This document shows positions 1 through 10,129 of a DNA stretch of 64,000 bases, in pieces. The stretch comes from Daphnia carinata. Its lineage: Eukaryota. The DNA lies in NCBI RefSeq assembly GCF_022539665.2, contig NC_081333.1, forward strand, positions 1,736,001-1,800,000. Direction: 5' to 3'. A model generated the notes under the pieces. That model made no database searches. It saw only the letters and a program-made list of their open reading frames with translations, and was not told where the DNA came from. The translations under genes were made by a program, and so were the position numbers. Within the stretch, counting starts at the first letter, position 1. Each line of letters opens with the position of its first letter.

Positions 1-99
1 GAAAAAGAATTTCGTAGGCGACAGTTCAGAATAGAAAATGGTTGCATTCAAATCTTTTGACAGGTGAGATTAAGGAATGTCGCCTTAGGGAGTGCAAAC

Positions 100-1220
100 C
101 GCGATTTTCAAAACTATTAAATGCTTGTTAGCCATTGAAAGATTGCTGGCTGACGCAGACAATCGTTTGGGACATGATTAATGAACTGCTTCGTGGATAA
201 AGCTCGTTTTTTTTAGTCCTCTCCAGGATGACATGAATTCCAGCATGTTCTACACATGTATCAGCCCTTAGTGATACACCAATTAAAACAATTTAAAAAT
301 TTAAAATAGTACCACCTTTTAATGTTTTTGACTGCACGATTCATCTTCGTTGCAATTGTGAAGGCAAGACAACTGACCTATGGTGATTTATTCATCGCAC
401 TTGCCATAACCCTTTTCCCAATGTATCAGCTATTCTGCCAACAGTAGTTTACTAATACAACATTGACGATTAAAATTAGAAAACTAAACAAACTCAGCAG
501 AAAAGCATTACCAGGGAGTAACATCTTGCATGTTGACGAAGAATCCTTGGTTTATCATGTACATGGCAGAATATCCACATTGCCTGGATGGTGCAATCCT
601 TTGCGTAATCACACAAATAGTAACTAAAACATATTGCATTGAAACAAAGTTAAATGAAGTTTTACCCAACAGCCGGCTGCATCTCTGAATTCCAAAGTAC
701 GTCTACACATTCATATCAAGCTTTTCCAGCATGTCTCACCTTTGGCATTTGTTTAAATCATTCCTTCAAAAATTTTTAATAAATGTAAATAAAATAAACA
801 ATTGATATTTATGTGACGTCGGAGTACCATTTGGCTGTCAAACATTCCATACAAGATAGGCATTTTGAAGAATCAGTGGCAGCAATCAAGTGCTACAATT
901 TGAATATAGGCTAGGTGTTATAGTCGCTGAGGGCTCTCAATCCCTAAACTGAACCTTGCTCACTGATGTGACAATCTATAAAAGGACTTAAATCTTAATT
1001 AATGAGATATGCAGAATACTGTATAAAATTATAGTAAAGATGGTACCAAATGCTGAGTTACTAGAAAATTTACCTGGGAAATCTCCAACTGACCATGTGA
1101 AACATAAGTCAGCTGTACTGCATTTGCAAATCCATTGTTCAAGTAACCATATTATCCAATCCATGTCTGAATGAATGAATGAGAAAATTAAATAGGAATC
1201 TGGCTGCTAGATGGCCATAG
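100..1220 (-). pseudogene. Heavily decayed spliced gene relic, possibly transposase-associated (Cys-cluster/KDZ-like)
   Basis: Several AG/GT-bounded segments (acceptor ttttttacag at ~1221, donor cccag|gtaaat at ~1073). Peptide fragments LWPSSSQIP..., DMDWIIWLLEQWICKC and ATDSSKCLSCMEC are broken by stops. Family assignment is a recollected resemblance only. Confidence 0.25.
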
Positions 1221-1289
1221 CTGTAAAAAAGAAAAAAAAAGGCCAAAATTTTTTTTTTTTTTTGGGGGTAAAATGAATTGCCATATATA

Positions 1290-2090
1290 TAGGCTTCCCA
1301 TTTTACTGAAAATCCAAAAAAAATGAAATCTCTTGCGAATTTCGACAAAAGTGAGAAGGCCTTCCCATTTTTCTCGAAATCCGAAAAAAATGAAATCTCT
1401 TAGAATCGAATGAAACTCATCAGAAATAGTCAGAATTGAACGCTGATTCCAAATATAGGATTAGTTTTCTGTTTAATTGTCTAGTTTTTGAATAAAATGC
1501 AATCAAAGTAATTTTAATTTGCTTTTTGCTGCCAGCGCCATCTGTTAACAGAAATATTATTCAAATATGACAAATTCAATGCAACTCGGCTACAATAAGC
1601 AAAATTGAACTTTGAATACGCATAAAATATTATTTTACTCCTAAGTCGTGCCTAGATCCTAGTATGATTGATATTTCCAGTATCGAACCGACTTTAACTA
1701 TATTCTTGCTAACAGATGGCGCTGACAACGAAAAACAAACAAAAATCACTTAAATTGCGATTTATTCAGAAACTGCACAATCTAGGGGAAAACTATTACT
1801 CTATTCGGAATCAGCCTTTAATTTTGATTATTTCTGGTGAGTTTCATCAAATTCTTTGAGATTTCATTTTTCTGCAAATTTCGACAAAAGTGAGAAGGCT
1901 ATAGCCTTCCCACTTTTTCATTTTTGGTAAAAATCTATCTATAGCTAAAAATACATGAATTTTATTCAAAATTTAACAGGGATCACGAAAATTGACTTCG
2001 TTTTAGCACAGGACCAATAATTTTTGCGTTACACAATAACTACTACACAAACTGAGTTTCATCCATTTGTAAGAGATGTCATTTTTTTTA
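1290..2090. mobile_element. Head-to-tail cluster of related non-autonomous DNA elements (MITE-like)
   Basis: Main unit ~1358-1901 has long imperfect inverted arms (gccttcccatttttctcgaaat...gaaatctc...gaaactcatcagaaata...gctgattcc versus ggaatcagc...tatttctggtgagtttc...gagatttc...atttcgacaaaagtgagaaggc; inner gcgccatctgtta/taacagatggcgc). A ~70-bp unit with both ends lies at 1290-1361 and another unit starts tagccttccca at 1902. Confidence 0.7.
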
Positions 2091-2196
2091 CTGTTCCAAT
2101 TCAAAACGAAATACATTTTTGACATTGTCGTTAAGCTGCTAACCTAAATCATGTATCTATGTCAATATCTAAATTTTGCAAGAAATAAAATAAATA

Positions 2197-2232
2197 GGAA
2201 AAGTCGGGCTTATTATTTGGTCGGGCTTATTT
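2197..2232. repeat. GTCGGGCTTATT tandem motif (putative transposon subterminal repeat)
   Basis: Two copies here. The reverse complement (TAAGCCCGAC) recurs at ~46624, ~46824-46862 and 47246-47263, the last an 18-bp perfect inverted match to 2197-2214. Confidence 0.6.
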
Positions 2233-2488
2233 ACTGATAGGAGTTTCGTTATAAGGCGCCGCCTTCAACAGTCTCTAGCGTCTGAAATCGAACTATTTTG
2301 CACTAATTGGTCATGTGATTTTCATTTTTTATGGCGTGTAACAACTAAAAACGCATTATGTAACGTAAAACGTAACGTAAATAAAGGCTGAGCATTTATT
2401 TTTTCAGCTTTTTTTTTTTTTTTTGGTTAGAAATTAGAAAGCAAGAGGCCGCTGATGCGCATCTATACTGTCAGCTGTTTCATTTGGC

Positions 2489-3232
2489 ATGGCGTCGACG
2501 ACAACGAAAGACGTAATGGAGGTCTCTCATGAAAATTTCGATTTCGATTTGCTGTAATTTCAGGTATGGTTTAACATAGCTTTAACGTAGATTTCTCCTT
2601 TTTTTTGCGCAATTATCTCAGTTTACACATTGAAGCAAGTCCGTACAAAGTTCTTAGAGATCTTACCGGTACAACTGAATCTGGAAGAAGTTTAATACCA
2701 ATCATTGAAAATTATTTAACGAAGAACCTTGACTCGTCTCTCGTTTGATTACCAGCATGTATTTCATATTGGTAATTCAGATGCAGCCAATTTTGCTTGC
2801 CAGCTTTGCACAACATTTCCCTTAAAAAAGTAATCATTACGTTTAATATTTCCCACACTGTTAATTGTCAAAATTCTTTCAGATATTTAGAGGGTCTTTC
2901 ACTATTTATTGCTAACAGTTTTGTTAGCTATACCTATTAGTTGTTTTTAAATTATATTTGCAGGTCTCAAGGATGCGCCAAGTGTGCTGTATTGGCCATG
3001 GAAGCCTTTATGACAAAAAGAATGTCATGTATATGTCATGAAGGTGAGACGAAGATATGGTTTCATTGTAAATAAAATGTATCCAACATCATTCTTGTGT
3101 TTGGTGATTAATTACCTCCATCCAACAAAATATAGGGAAGTTAAAGTTGAAATTGGTCAATTTAATTCACAGTGCTACCAGATGACAAGATCTTGTGCCA
3201 ATGAAGATTGTTTTTCTTTCTTTCTATACTAA
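2489..3232 (+). pseudogene. Decayed spliced orphan gene
   Basis: ATG GCG TCG ACG (MASTTTKDVMEVSHENFDFDLL*FQ) then cag|gtatgg. Next exon reads LHIEASPYKVLRDLTGTTESGRSLIPIIENYLTK with stops. A further exon tgcag|gtctcaagg...catgaag|gtgag follows. Confidence 0.35.
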
Positions 3233-3591
3233 GTAATTGTGTTTGACACATTGTAGAGAGAAAGAGAATTTACTCTTAAGATTTTTAAATTCTGGTTTTT
3301 GTTTTGTTTTCACCAGTAAAAAGCGACTGTGGTAGAGTGATAGAAGGTGTTTAAAGAAAAATTTCTGGTAGCTAAATTTTCAAGTGAAACAGTGAGTTCT
3401 GAGGTTAGTTGTATTCTAAATATGGTGAGGTTTGGAATAAGTCCAAAAGAGTAAATAAAATACACACGAACAAGTAAATTAAACGGAATAATTTTTATTG
3501 TCCCTCCTCCACCCTACAATTCCGCCACTATTTTACATAATATACAATACACGAATACATATTTACATACATATACACATACATACATAAC

Positions 3592-3938
3592 TAGTTAACC
3601 CCTTGGCTGCCAAGCCACGCAACCCGTAGGTTGCTGAAACTACATTAGCTACTCGTCGCGTCTGAAGGATCCCGACCAAGGGGGGACTTGTCCGAAGACA
3701 AGTCCGGGCTGGCACGGTGATAGAGGCTATTCCGGGAATGCACACCCCAGGCTTTCTATCACCGTACCGAAAAAGAGAAGTCCCTACTGGTGCATTGCCT
3801 TACGTGCACCTAAAGGCACAAGGCCTTTAGGCGCACTGGCGACTGTTCCCCCCATGGCCATGGGGAAGAACAGCGCCCGGTTCCCTACAACCTACAAAAA
3901 AAAGGGAGCAAACGGAGTGGCAGCCAAGGGGTTAACTA
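3592..3938 (-). ncRNA. Candidate highly structured RNA closed by a 21-bp terminal stem (alternatively a TTAA-flanked piggyBac-like MITE, 3599-3931)
   Basis: TAGTTAACCCCTTGGCTGCCA / TGGCAGCCAAGGGGTTAACTA ends. Internal hairpins at 3619-3634 (cUACGg on minus), 3684-3705 (9 bp, cUUCGg on minus), 3711-3768, 3804-3836 and 3838-3877. A-C mismatches on + become G-U pairs on -. Confidence 0.6.
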
Positions 3939-4099
3939 TACAATACAACACAACATACAAAAATACAAAACAAGACAGTACCCGGGAAGTTCCACGACGA
4001 CGTCACGTTCAATCGCCTTTTTTCCTGGATCTGGTTGTTTCATCGTTGTGAGCCACAAGCGAACGATGGCGATGAGACGAAGAGGTAGGCAGCGACGAA

Positions 4100-4803
4100 A
4101 ACAGCGCCGAGGCGATGAGAGGAAGGCGAAGGCGATGACGGCGATAAGGCGAAGACGGCGATGAGGCGAAGGCGAAGACGGCTTTGAGGCGATGGCGAAG
4201 ACGTCGATGAGGCGATGGCGAAGACGTCGATGAGGCGAAGGCGAAGACGTCGATGAGGCGAAGGCGAAGACGTCGATGAGGCGAAGGCGAAGACGTCGAT
4301 GAGGCGAAGGCGAAGACGTCGATGAGGCGAAGGCGAAGACGTCGATGAGGCGAAGGCGAAGACGTCGATGAGGCGAAGGCGAAGACGTCGATGAGGCGAA
4401 GGCGAAGACGTCGATGAGGCGAAGGCGAAGACGTCGATGAGGCGAAGACGTCGATGAGCGAAGACGTCGATGAGGCGAAGGCGAAGACGTCGATGAGGCG
4501 AAGGCGAAGACGTCGATGAGGCGAAGACGTCGATGAGGCGAAGGCGATGACGGCGATAAGACGAAGACGGCGATGAGGCGAAGGCGAAGACGGCGATGAG
4601 GCGAAGGCGATGACGGCGATAAGACGAAGACGGCGATGAGGCGAAGGCGAAGACGGCGATGAGGCGAAGGCGAAGACGGCGATGAGGCGAAGGCGAAGGC
4701 GAAGACGGCGATGAGGCGAAGACGGCGATGAGGCGAAGGCGAAGACGGCGATGAGGCGAAGGCGAAGACGGCGATGAGGCGAAGGCGAAGACGGTGGTGA
4801 GGT
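4100..4803. repeat. 23-bp GC-rich minisatellite (GAAGACG[T/G]CGATGAGGCGAAGGC)n
   Basis: Period 23 read directly (e.g. 4266, 4289, 4312). A central GACGTC variant block is flanked by GACGGC variant blocks, with some 17-bp deletion units. Confidence 0.95.
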
Positions 4804-5426
4804 GAAAATTAGGACTTTATTTCTTGTTGGCCCTGGATAAGAGATGTAAAGAAATCAGAATAAAGAATAAGATTTAGGGAAATCAAATAACACAATATCT
4901 AGGAAACACAAAAGTCATGATATGGAAAACAATAGTGAGCAGGATGAATAAAGATAAATGCCTTAAATCATAATAGCTAAACTTGTGGATGTGAGCTTAA
5001 AACAGTCCAGTCAATCCTTTAGAGTCAACATGATCCTACATGAGAGGGTCATTGCAAAGTCTCTAGCATTAAATTAAGAAAAAGTGTTTCTGTTGTGCCC
5101 TGTCAAAGAACTGGGAGACAGTAAACTCCAAAAGCATAAGAATACATCTACCACGGTCTGGGCATTAATTGTATCTTATCTGCTGTTCTACTTGTCATTT
5201 GTTACCATACCAGGTTTCCACCTGCTCAGATCTAACAAGATGCAAAAAAAATTATATCTGGATAAAAATAATGGTTCTGTGTTACTTACTTCCTAGTTTA
5301 GATGCACAAAACGATGGGAAAACTTAAAAAAATCGCAGAGCTAAATCATTTCCACGTTCAGTTGTTCCCACAGGTAAAATGGCTGACGTGCAGACGACGG
5401 TAACGTTCAATCCTATGGGTTTTAAT

Positions 5427-5777
5427 CATGGCCTACTATAATAACGGCCAGCAAGCGCGCAATACCCCCTGCGCCTAAAACTAAATTGCCAGAGGGGCCT
5501 AATACCCCAAACCGAGCTCCACTTTCCACTGTTTGGTAACTAATACAGAATTGAAATGAGTGGAAAAACCAGTGGAAAGTGGAATTCTGTTTGAGGTACT
5601 ACGACAGTAGTACCTCTCCACCATTGCCAATCAGTGGAAAAAGTAAAAGAAATTGGAATGGGTGGGATGAAGCTGTAGAAAGTGGACTTCGATTTTGGGT
5701 ATTAGGCCCTCTGGCAATTCAGTTTTAGGCGCAGGGGGGTATTGCGCGCTTGCTGGCCGTTATTATAGTAGGCCATG
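5427..5777. mobile_element. MITE with ~100-bp TIRs and 8-bp TSD (P- or hAT-superfamily-like)
   Basis: CATGGCCTACTATAATAACGGCCAGCAAGCGCGCAATACCCCCTGCGCCTAAAACT at the left end, reverse complement ending GTAGGCCATG at 5777. Direct repeat GTTTTAAT at 5419-5426 and 5778-5785. Confidence 0.9.
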
Positions 5778-7235
5778 GTTTTAATTCAACACAAACACAA
5801 CAAACGATTGTTTCAACTAATTTTATTAGGCATCCTGGACAATTTAGGTACACTCACACTAAGCGACAGATTTGATTTATAAGTCAGGATGCTTTGAATG
5901 CAAATTTTCCGGTTAACAACTCTGAACTAAACAAGTTCAGAAATACAAAATACTCAACAAAAAGGAATTACACATTCGTAAGTCCCGCAAAATTTGGAGC
6001 TGGAACGAATTTTTTAATGGGCAAAATATACGATTTTGGATATTTTTATTGTTACCTAATTCACAGGATATCCACATAATCCCAAACCGTGCGCGTAACT
6101 CGAGAATACGATTCTCTTTTTTTTCGCTGACTTGTTTTTATGGCTCCTTGGTTTCAATACAGATTGAATAAGGACTTCGTACAATTTGTCGCCTTAACTG
6201 CAGGCCATAGACGGAGTGCAATGCATCACGTTTTGATACAAGTTTAAAATTTTGTATTGACCCATCTCCACATATTATACTTATGGTGCAGTTATCGACG
6301 CAATGGATGAATGCATTCATTATTGATAGACAATCGGTGGTGGTGATCTGGTTATTGTTTTATGATCCATGGCTTCTTGCCGTCCGTCTTGGTGTCCGGC
6401 AATTGCTTTTCTAATCCGTATTACATCCATCTAAATAATGATAAACTAAATATTAGTAACGGAAAAAAAGGTTTAATTAGATCAAAAAGATCACTATCTG
6501 CTTACGACAAAGACCAGACTTAAGTTCAACTGAACTGGAAGATGAGACGGATTCAATGCAATTCACTCGCATGAATTGATTGAAATATTTAAAACTATTG
6601 CTAGAAGAAAAAAGGCTTTCAGTAGCTACCGACTTTTATCGCACTCTACTTTTGATGAGAGAAAACAAGCATCACGGATGTGGCATTATTTAAGACAGTA
6701 GCAATATTTGCAGCTCAGTCAGGTAGCAATTGTCCCTTGAAACCCATATAGTGCTTAAGAAACAACTTAGTTCATAGCATAAGAAGAAAGTAATCTATTA
6801 CACTTTAGAGTTTTTAATTTATAAATGTAGTATTGGACCTATTTACCCTATTGTTTTGCTCTATGTAGTACTATTTTTTAAAGCCAAAAATAAAGCTTTA
6901 CAAGAAAATGCTTTTTTTTATCTTGCATTTAATTGCCCTGGGAGGAAATCTGTGGTTTATTTTAATGACTGCTATATCAGTATTGTTCATGCTTTCAATG
7001 TTACCAACCGTGATATGAAAAGAACTGGTAGACCCCTAATCAATCAACAACCATTGGTTTTGATCCTCTAGAAGCAATACAGGGTCACTGGGTCAGCAAC
7101 CACTTCAACCACATCTTCTACACTGCATAAATTAATGCAATGAACAATTTTGTTGGCAACAAGATTCATTGCAATGGATTCTCCCATTTAAAAATATGGT
7201 GAGAATAGGAAACATTTTATAATCATTTTTCAGTA

Positions 7236-7708
7236 CAGTGCCGGTCCACTTATAGAACCGCTTAGCTATAGAACCAGCTCGGTTATCGAACCGATTTTTC
7301 CTTGCCGTGTTTCAGCGCCGCCATTGGCTGTATTTTGAACTAAATCCATATTTTTGGGTTCGAACGTACGGATTACGCATTTTAAAACGTACAAGCACAT
7401 GTTATTGAAATTGGTTTTAGCAATTTTAGACAATAGTACAAATTGGCTTAATGACTTTACGTAAAATAATAGCCTTCCAAACGAATTCAGGCGGAAAACA
7501 ATAAAACAAATGACTTATCGTGCTGCTTTTCTCTTTGCCTTTTAATGTTATCAGAATTTTTAAATAACTGTATTACAAAATGACACTTTTCGTGTCGTTT
7601 TGTTTTTTTCCATTTATTAATTATGGGCGCTGAAACAGGGGAAATAAAAATCGGTTCGATAACCGAGCCGGTTCCATAGCTAAGGGTTTCTAGAAGTGGA
7701 CCGGCATG
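7236..7708. mobile_element. Tc1/pogo(Tigger)-like MITE with TA TSD
   Basis: TA|CAGTGCCGGTCCACTTATAGAACC...GCTCGGTTATCGAACCGATTTTT at left; AAAAATCGGTTCGATAACCGAGC...AAGTGGACCGGCATG|TA at right; iterated TATAGAACC subrepeats. Confidence 0.85.
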
Positions 7709-7944
7709 TATCTTATATAATGACCAATCGTTGATGGGGCATTCTCTTTGTGGTAGAACCTTATTGTTGGTAAAATAATGCAGGAATGGTTGAGGTATTA
7801 AATTCTAATATGAGAACCCCCTTCCCCCTATTCTGGGTAGTTGCATAGAGATCAGCACTATCCCTGTGCTATTCGCTTTTACATTCAAATACTGTAAAAA
7901 TCTGTGTGATGAAAGAATCGACGATAGGTGGCTCTGAGATCGGC

Positions 7945-8012
7945 TGCTCGGTTATAGAACCATTCAGTTATAGAACCGCGCACAGGCCGGTTCTATAACT
8001 GGACCGGCACTG
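7945..8012. mobile_element. Additional right-end TIR of the same Tc1/pogo-like family
   Basis: GGTTCTATAACTGGACCGGCACTG|TA at 7989-8014, preceded by GTTATAGAACC subrepeats. Confidence 0.75.
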
Positions 8013-8999
8013 TATAATACTTTCGAAGTCACTGAAGTTGGAAATTCAGTACTTTGAGCCACTACCGAAGCAGATTTACCATCCAGCACTTTCTATGAAC
8101 ACATTTATCCACAGCAAACATGTTCACATCTCAAATGACTGGATGCAACAAATACCATAGGATACAACTGCAGACCACATGGCACGGGACGCGGGATCTA
8201 CAGTACATGTGATGCAACCTGTGAAAAAAGTAAATACATCTTATTACTTCGTTTGTGGTGTTTAGGTCAAATCACTCAAACCAATTGATAATCTTACGAG
8301 GCATGTAACTTTATCCATGTCTGGTTGTAAAACGCGTATGGTAGATGTGTTCTTAAAACTTGAGAAATTTTTCGACATCAGCACCCAATATCGCGAAACT
8401 CAACACTTGCCCCATACAGAACACATACATGTCCAATTGATCCTAGTTCCTTGCGTACACCTGGTATGCTATGTATCTAACGCCACCTGACGTCCAACAG
8501 TTTCTAGCGCCTCTTATGGAGATAGATGTCATCCTGCGAAATGCCATCTATCAATACCATTCTGAAGCTTAAATTTTTAAACAGTCTAAAGCTGTCTGTG
8601 ACTTAAGTAAAGAATTAGTTACGGACAAAGAAAAAAAATTAATCAATGGCAAACTAAATTATAAGAAATTCCCATAATCTGTTTTCCCCTTGAGGAAACA
8701 CTCTTCTTTATTTAAATACGCATAAACCCAACACTCACTTTGCTACAGTCCGGCGCGTCGTTTGAAAAAGCAAAGACTAGAGAAAATGTCAAAAGATATT
8801 TCCTTTCGTCTAGTATTATAAATATCCCTTACACTTACCACACACTAATACTATCAAATCTGAATTCTGATTCATGTGTTAATGTATATTATAGTAATAT
8901 GTTATTAAACTTCTTACACATTACCATATTCCCTAGTACTCTCTGTTAAAGATTGAGTGTGACCCATGACCATTGATTTATTCTAGGCTGTTTTACCAT

Positions 9000-9539
9000 T
9001 TACTTTAAGTCTGGTGTAGAACTACCTAAGTAAACTTTAAGGTCATTAATATTGGAAGTTATAAGCTTTGCTCGAATTGTTTTCATTCCAAGTTTCTTAT
9101 GGGCAGCATAACGGTGACAACCTCCAAATGAGTAATAATAATTCCCTCCATTGCTTCCTTTTATCCAAAGGATATCGATTGGGGGAACTTCATTTTTTCT
9201 CGTGGCATCCTTGAGATTTTAAATAGAAAGAAATTTTTAGTAAAAACTGAAATTTAAAGCAATTCTGGACACTCTATGCACAATACAGTATGGAATATTT
9301 TTATGCAATACCTTAAGTGTTTCAACCAGACTGTCTACTTTGCTGTTGTTAAGATCAGGAGGAAAGGGCCGAATGATGTCTTCTGCCAAAATTTAGATAT
9401 TTAAGCATTTAGTCAAATTCTGTGGTGACTAAAAGATTAATAATTCTTTAACTACTTACCCATAGGAACATCATAAATGTCTACGATTTGATCACCGTGA
9501 ATACTTGTAACATCTGACACACAAGACATATTGCGTCAT
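9000..9539 (-). CDS. SRXN1: Sulfiredoxin-1 (3 exons: ~9539-9461, ~9384-9312, ~9210-9000); missed by the ORF track
   Basis: Manual translation gives [40 protein letters not shown]|...[68 protein letters not shown] is the Srx catalytic motif. Start codon uncertain. Confidence 0.92.
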
Positions 9540-10129
9540 GTGTCAAGAATCCCCCGTTTGGCTATGTCACGCACATACCGTTCTAATCGAGTCCACGATT
9601 TCGAAATCAGTTGCGAAAAAAGAAAGTGACTTCAAGGAGAATTACAGAATACTTCCAGATCGGATGCGGTTTAGATCAGATGTTTGTTTACATTTTGGTT
9701 TACAAAGTTGCAAGTTTTCCGTTTAAGTTTTCTTGACAAACCGCGTTTCGCACTTTCGTGTGTTTAATATTCAATAATTTCGCAGCATAACGAACAAAAA
9801 TGTAATAATAATCATAGATATAATAGATATAGCGTGTTTTTACACAGAGCATTTCACACATAGTTATATAGAGTTTATTTAAGGTTCAAAAGAGCGCGGC
9901 AAATTCAAACCATACACGCACATCTTAAAATAAGCTCTCCTGTTCTCCATTACATCAACCTTTCCAACTAATTAATAGCCCAAAGTGTCCGGCCAGGAAA
10001 AGCAATTTTTATATCAAATTTAGTTCGAACTGGTGTACGAAATGTGACAACTGTATTAGAGTCCAAACGGAAAGTTCCCATTCTTTTTGCTTTTGTCCAA
10101 AACAAGGGTAAACGATACTGTTGAGAACC

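Noticed and set aside
4100..4803. CRISPR-like array
   Set aside because: Units are contiguous with no unique spacers, the context is eukaryotic and there are no cas genes.
6300..8400. Small spliced minus-strand gene interrupted by the MITE
   Set aside because: Splice-like signals exist (~6432, ~6505, ~8220, ~8297), but no consistent frame or recognisable protein could be assembled.
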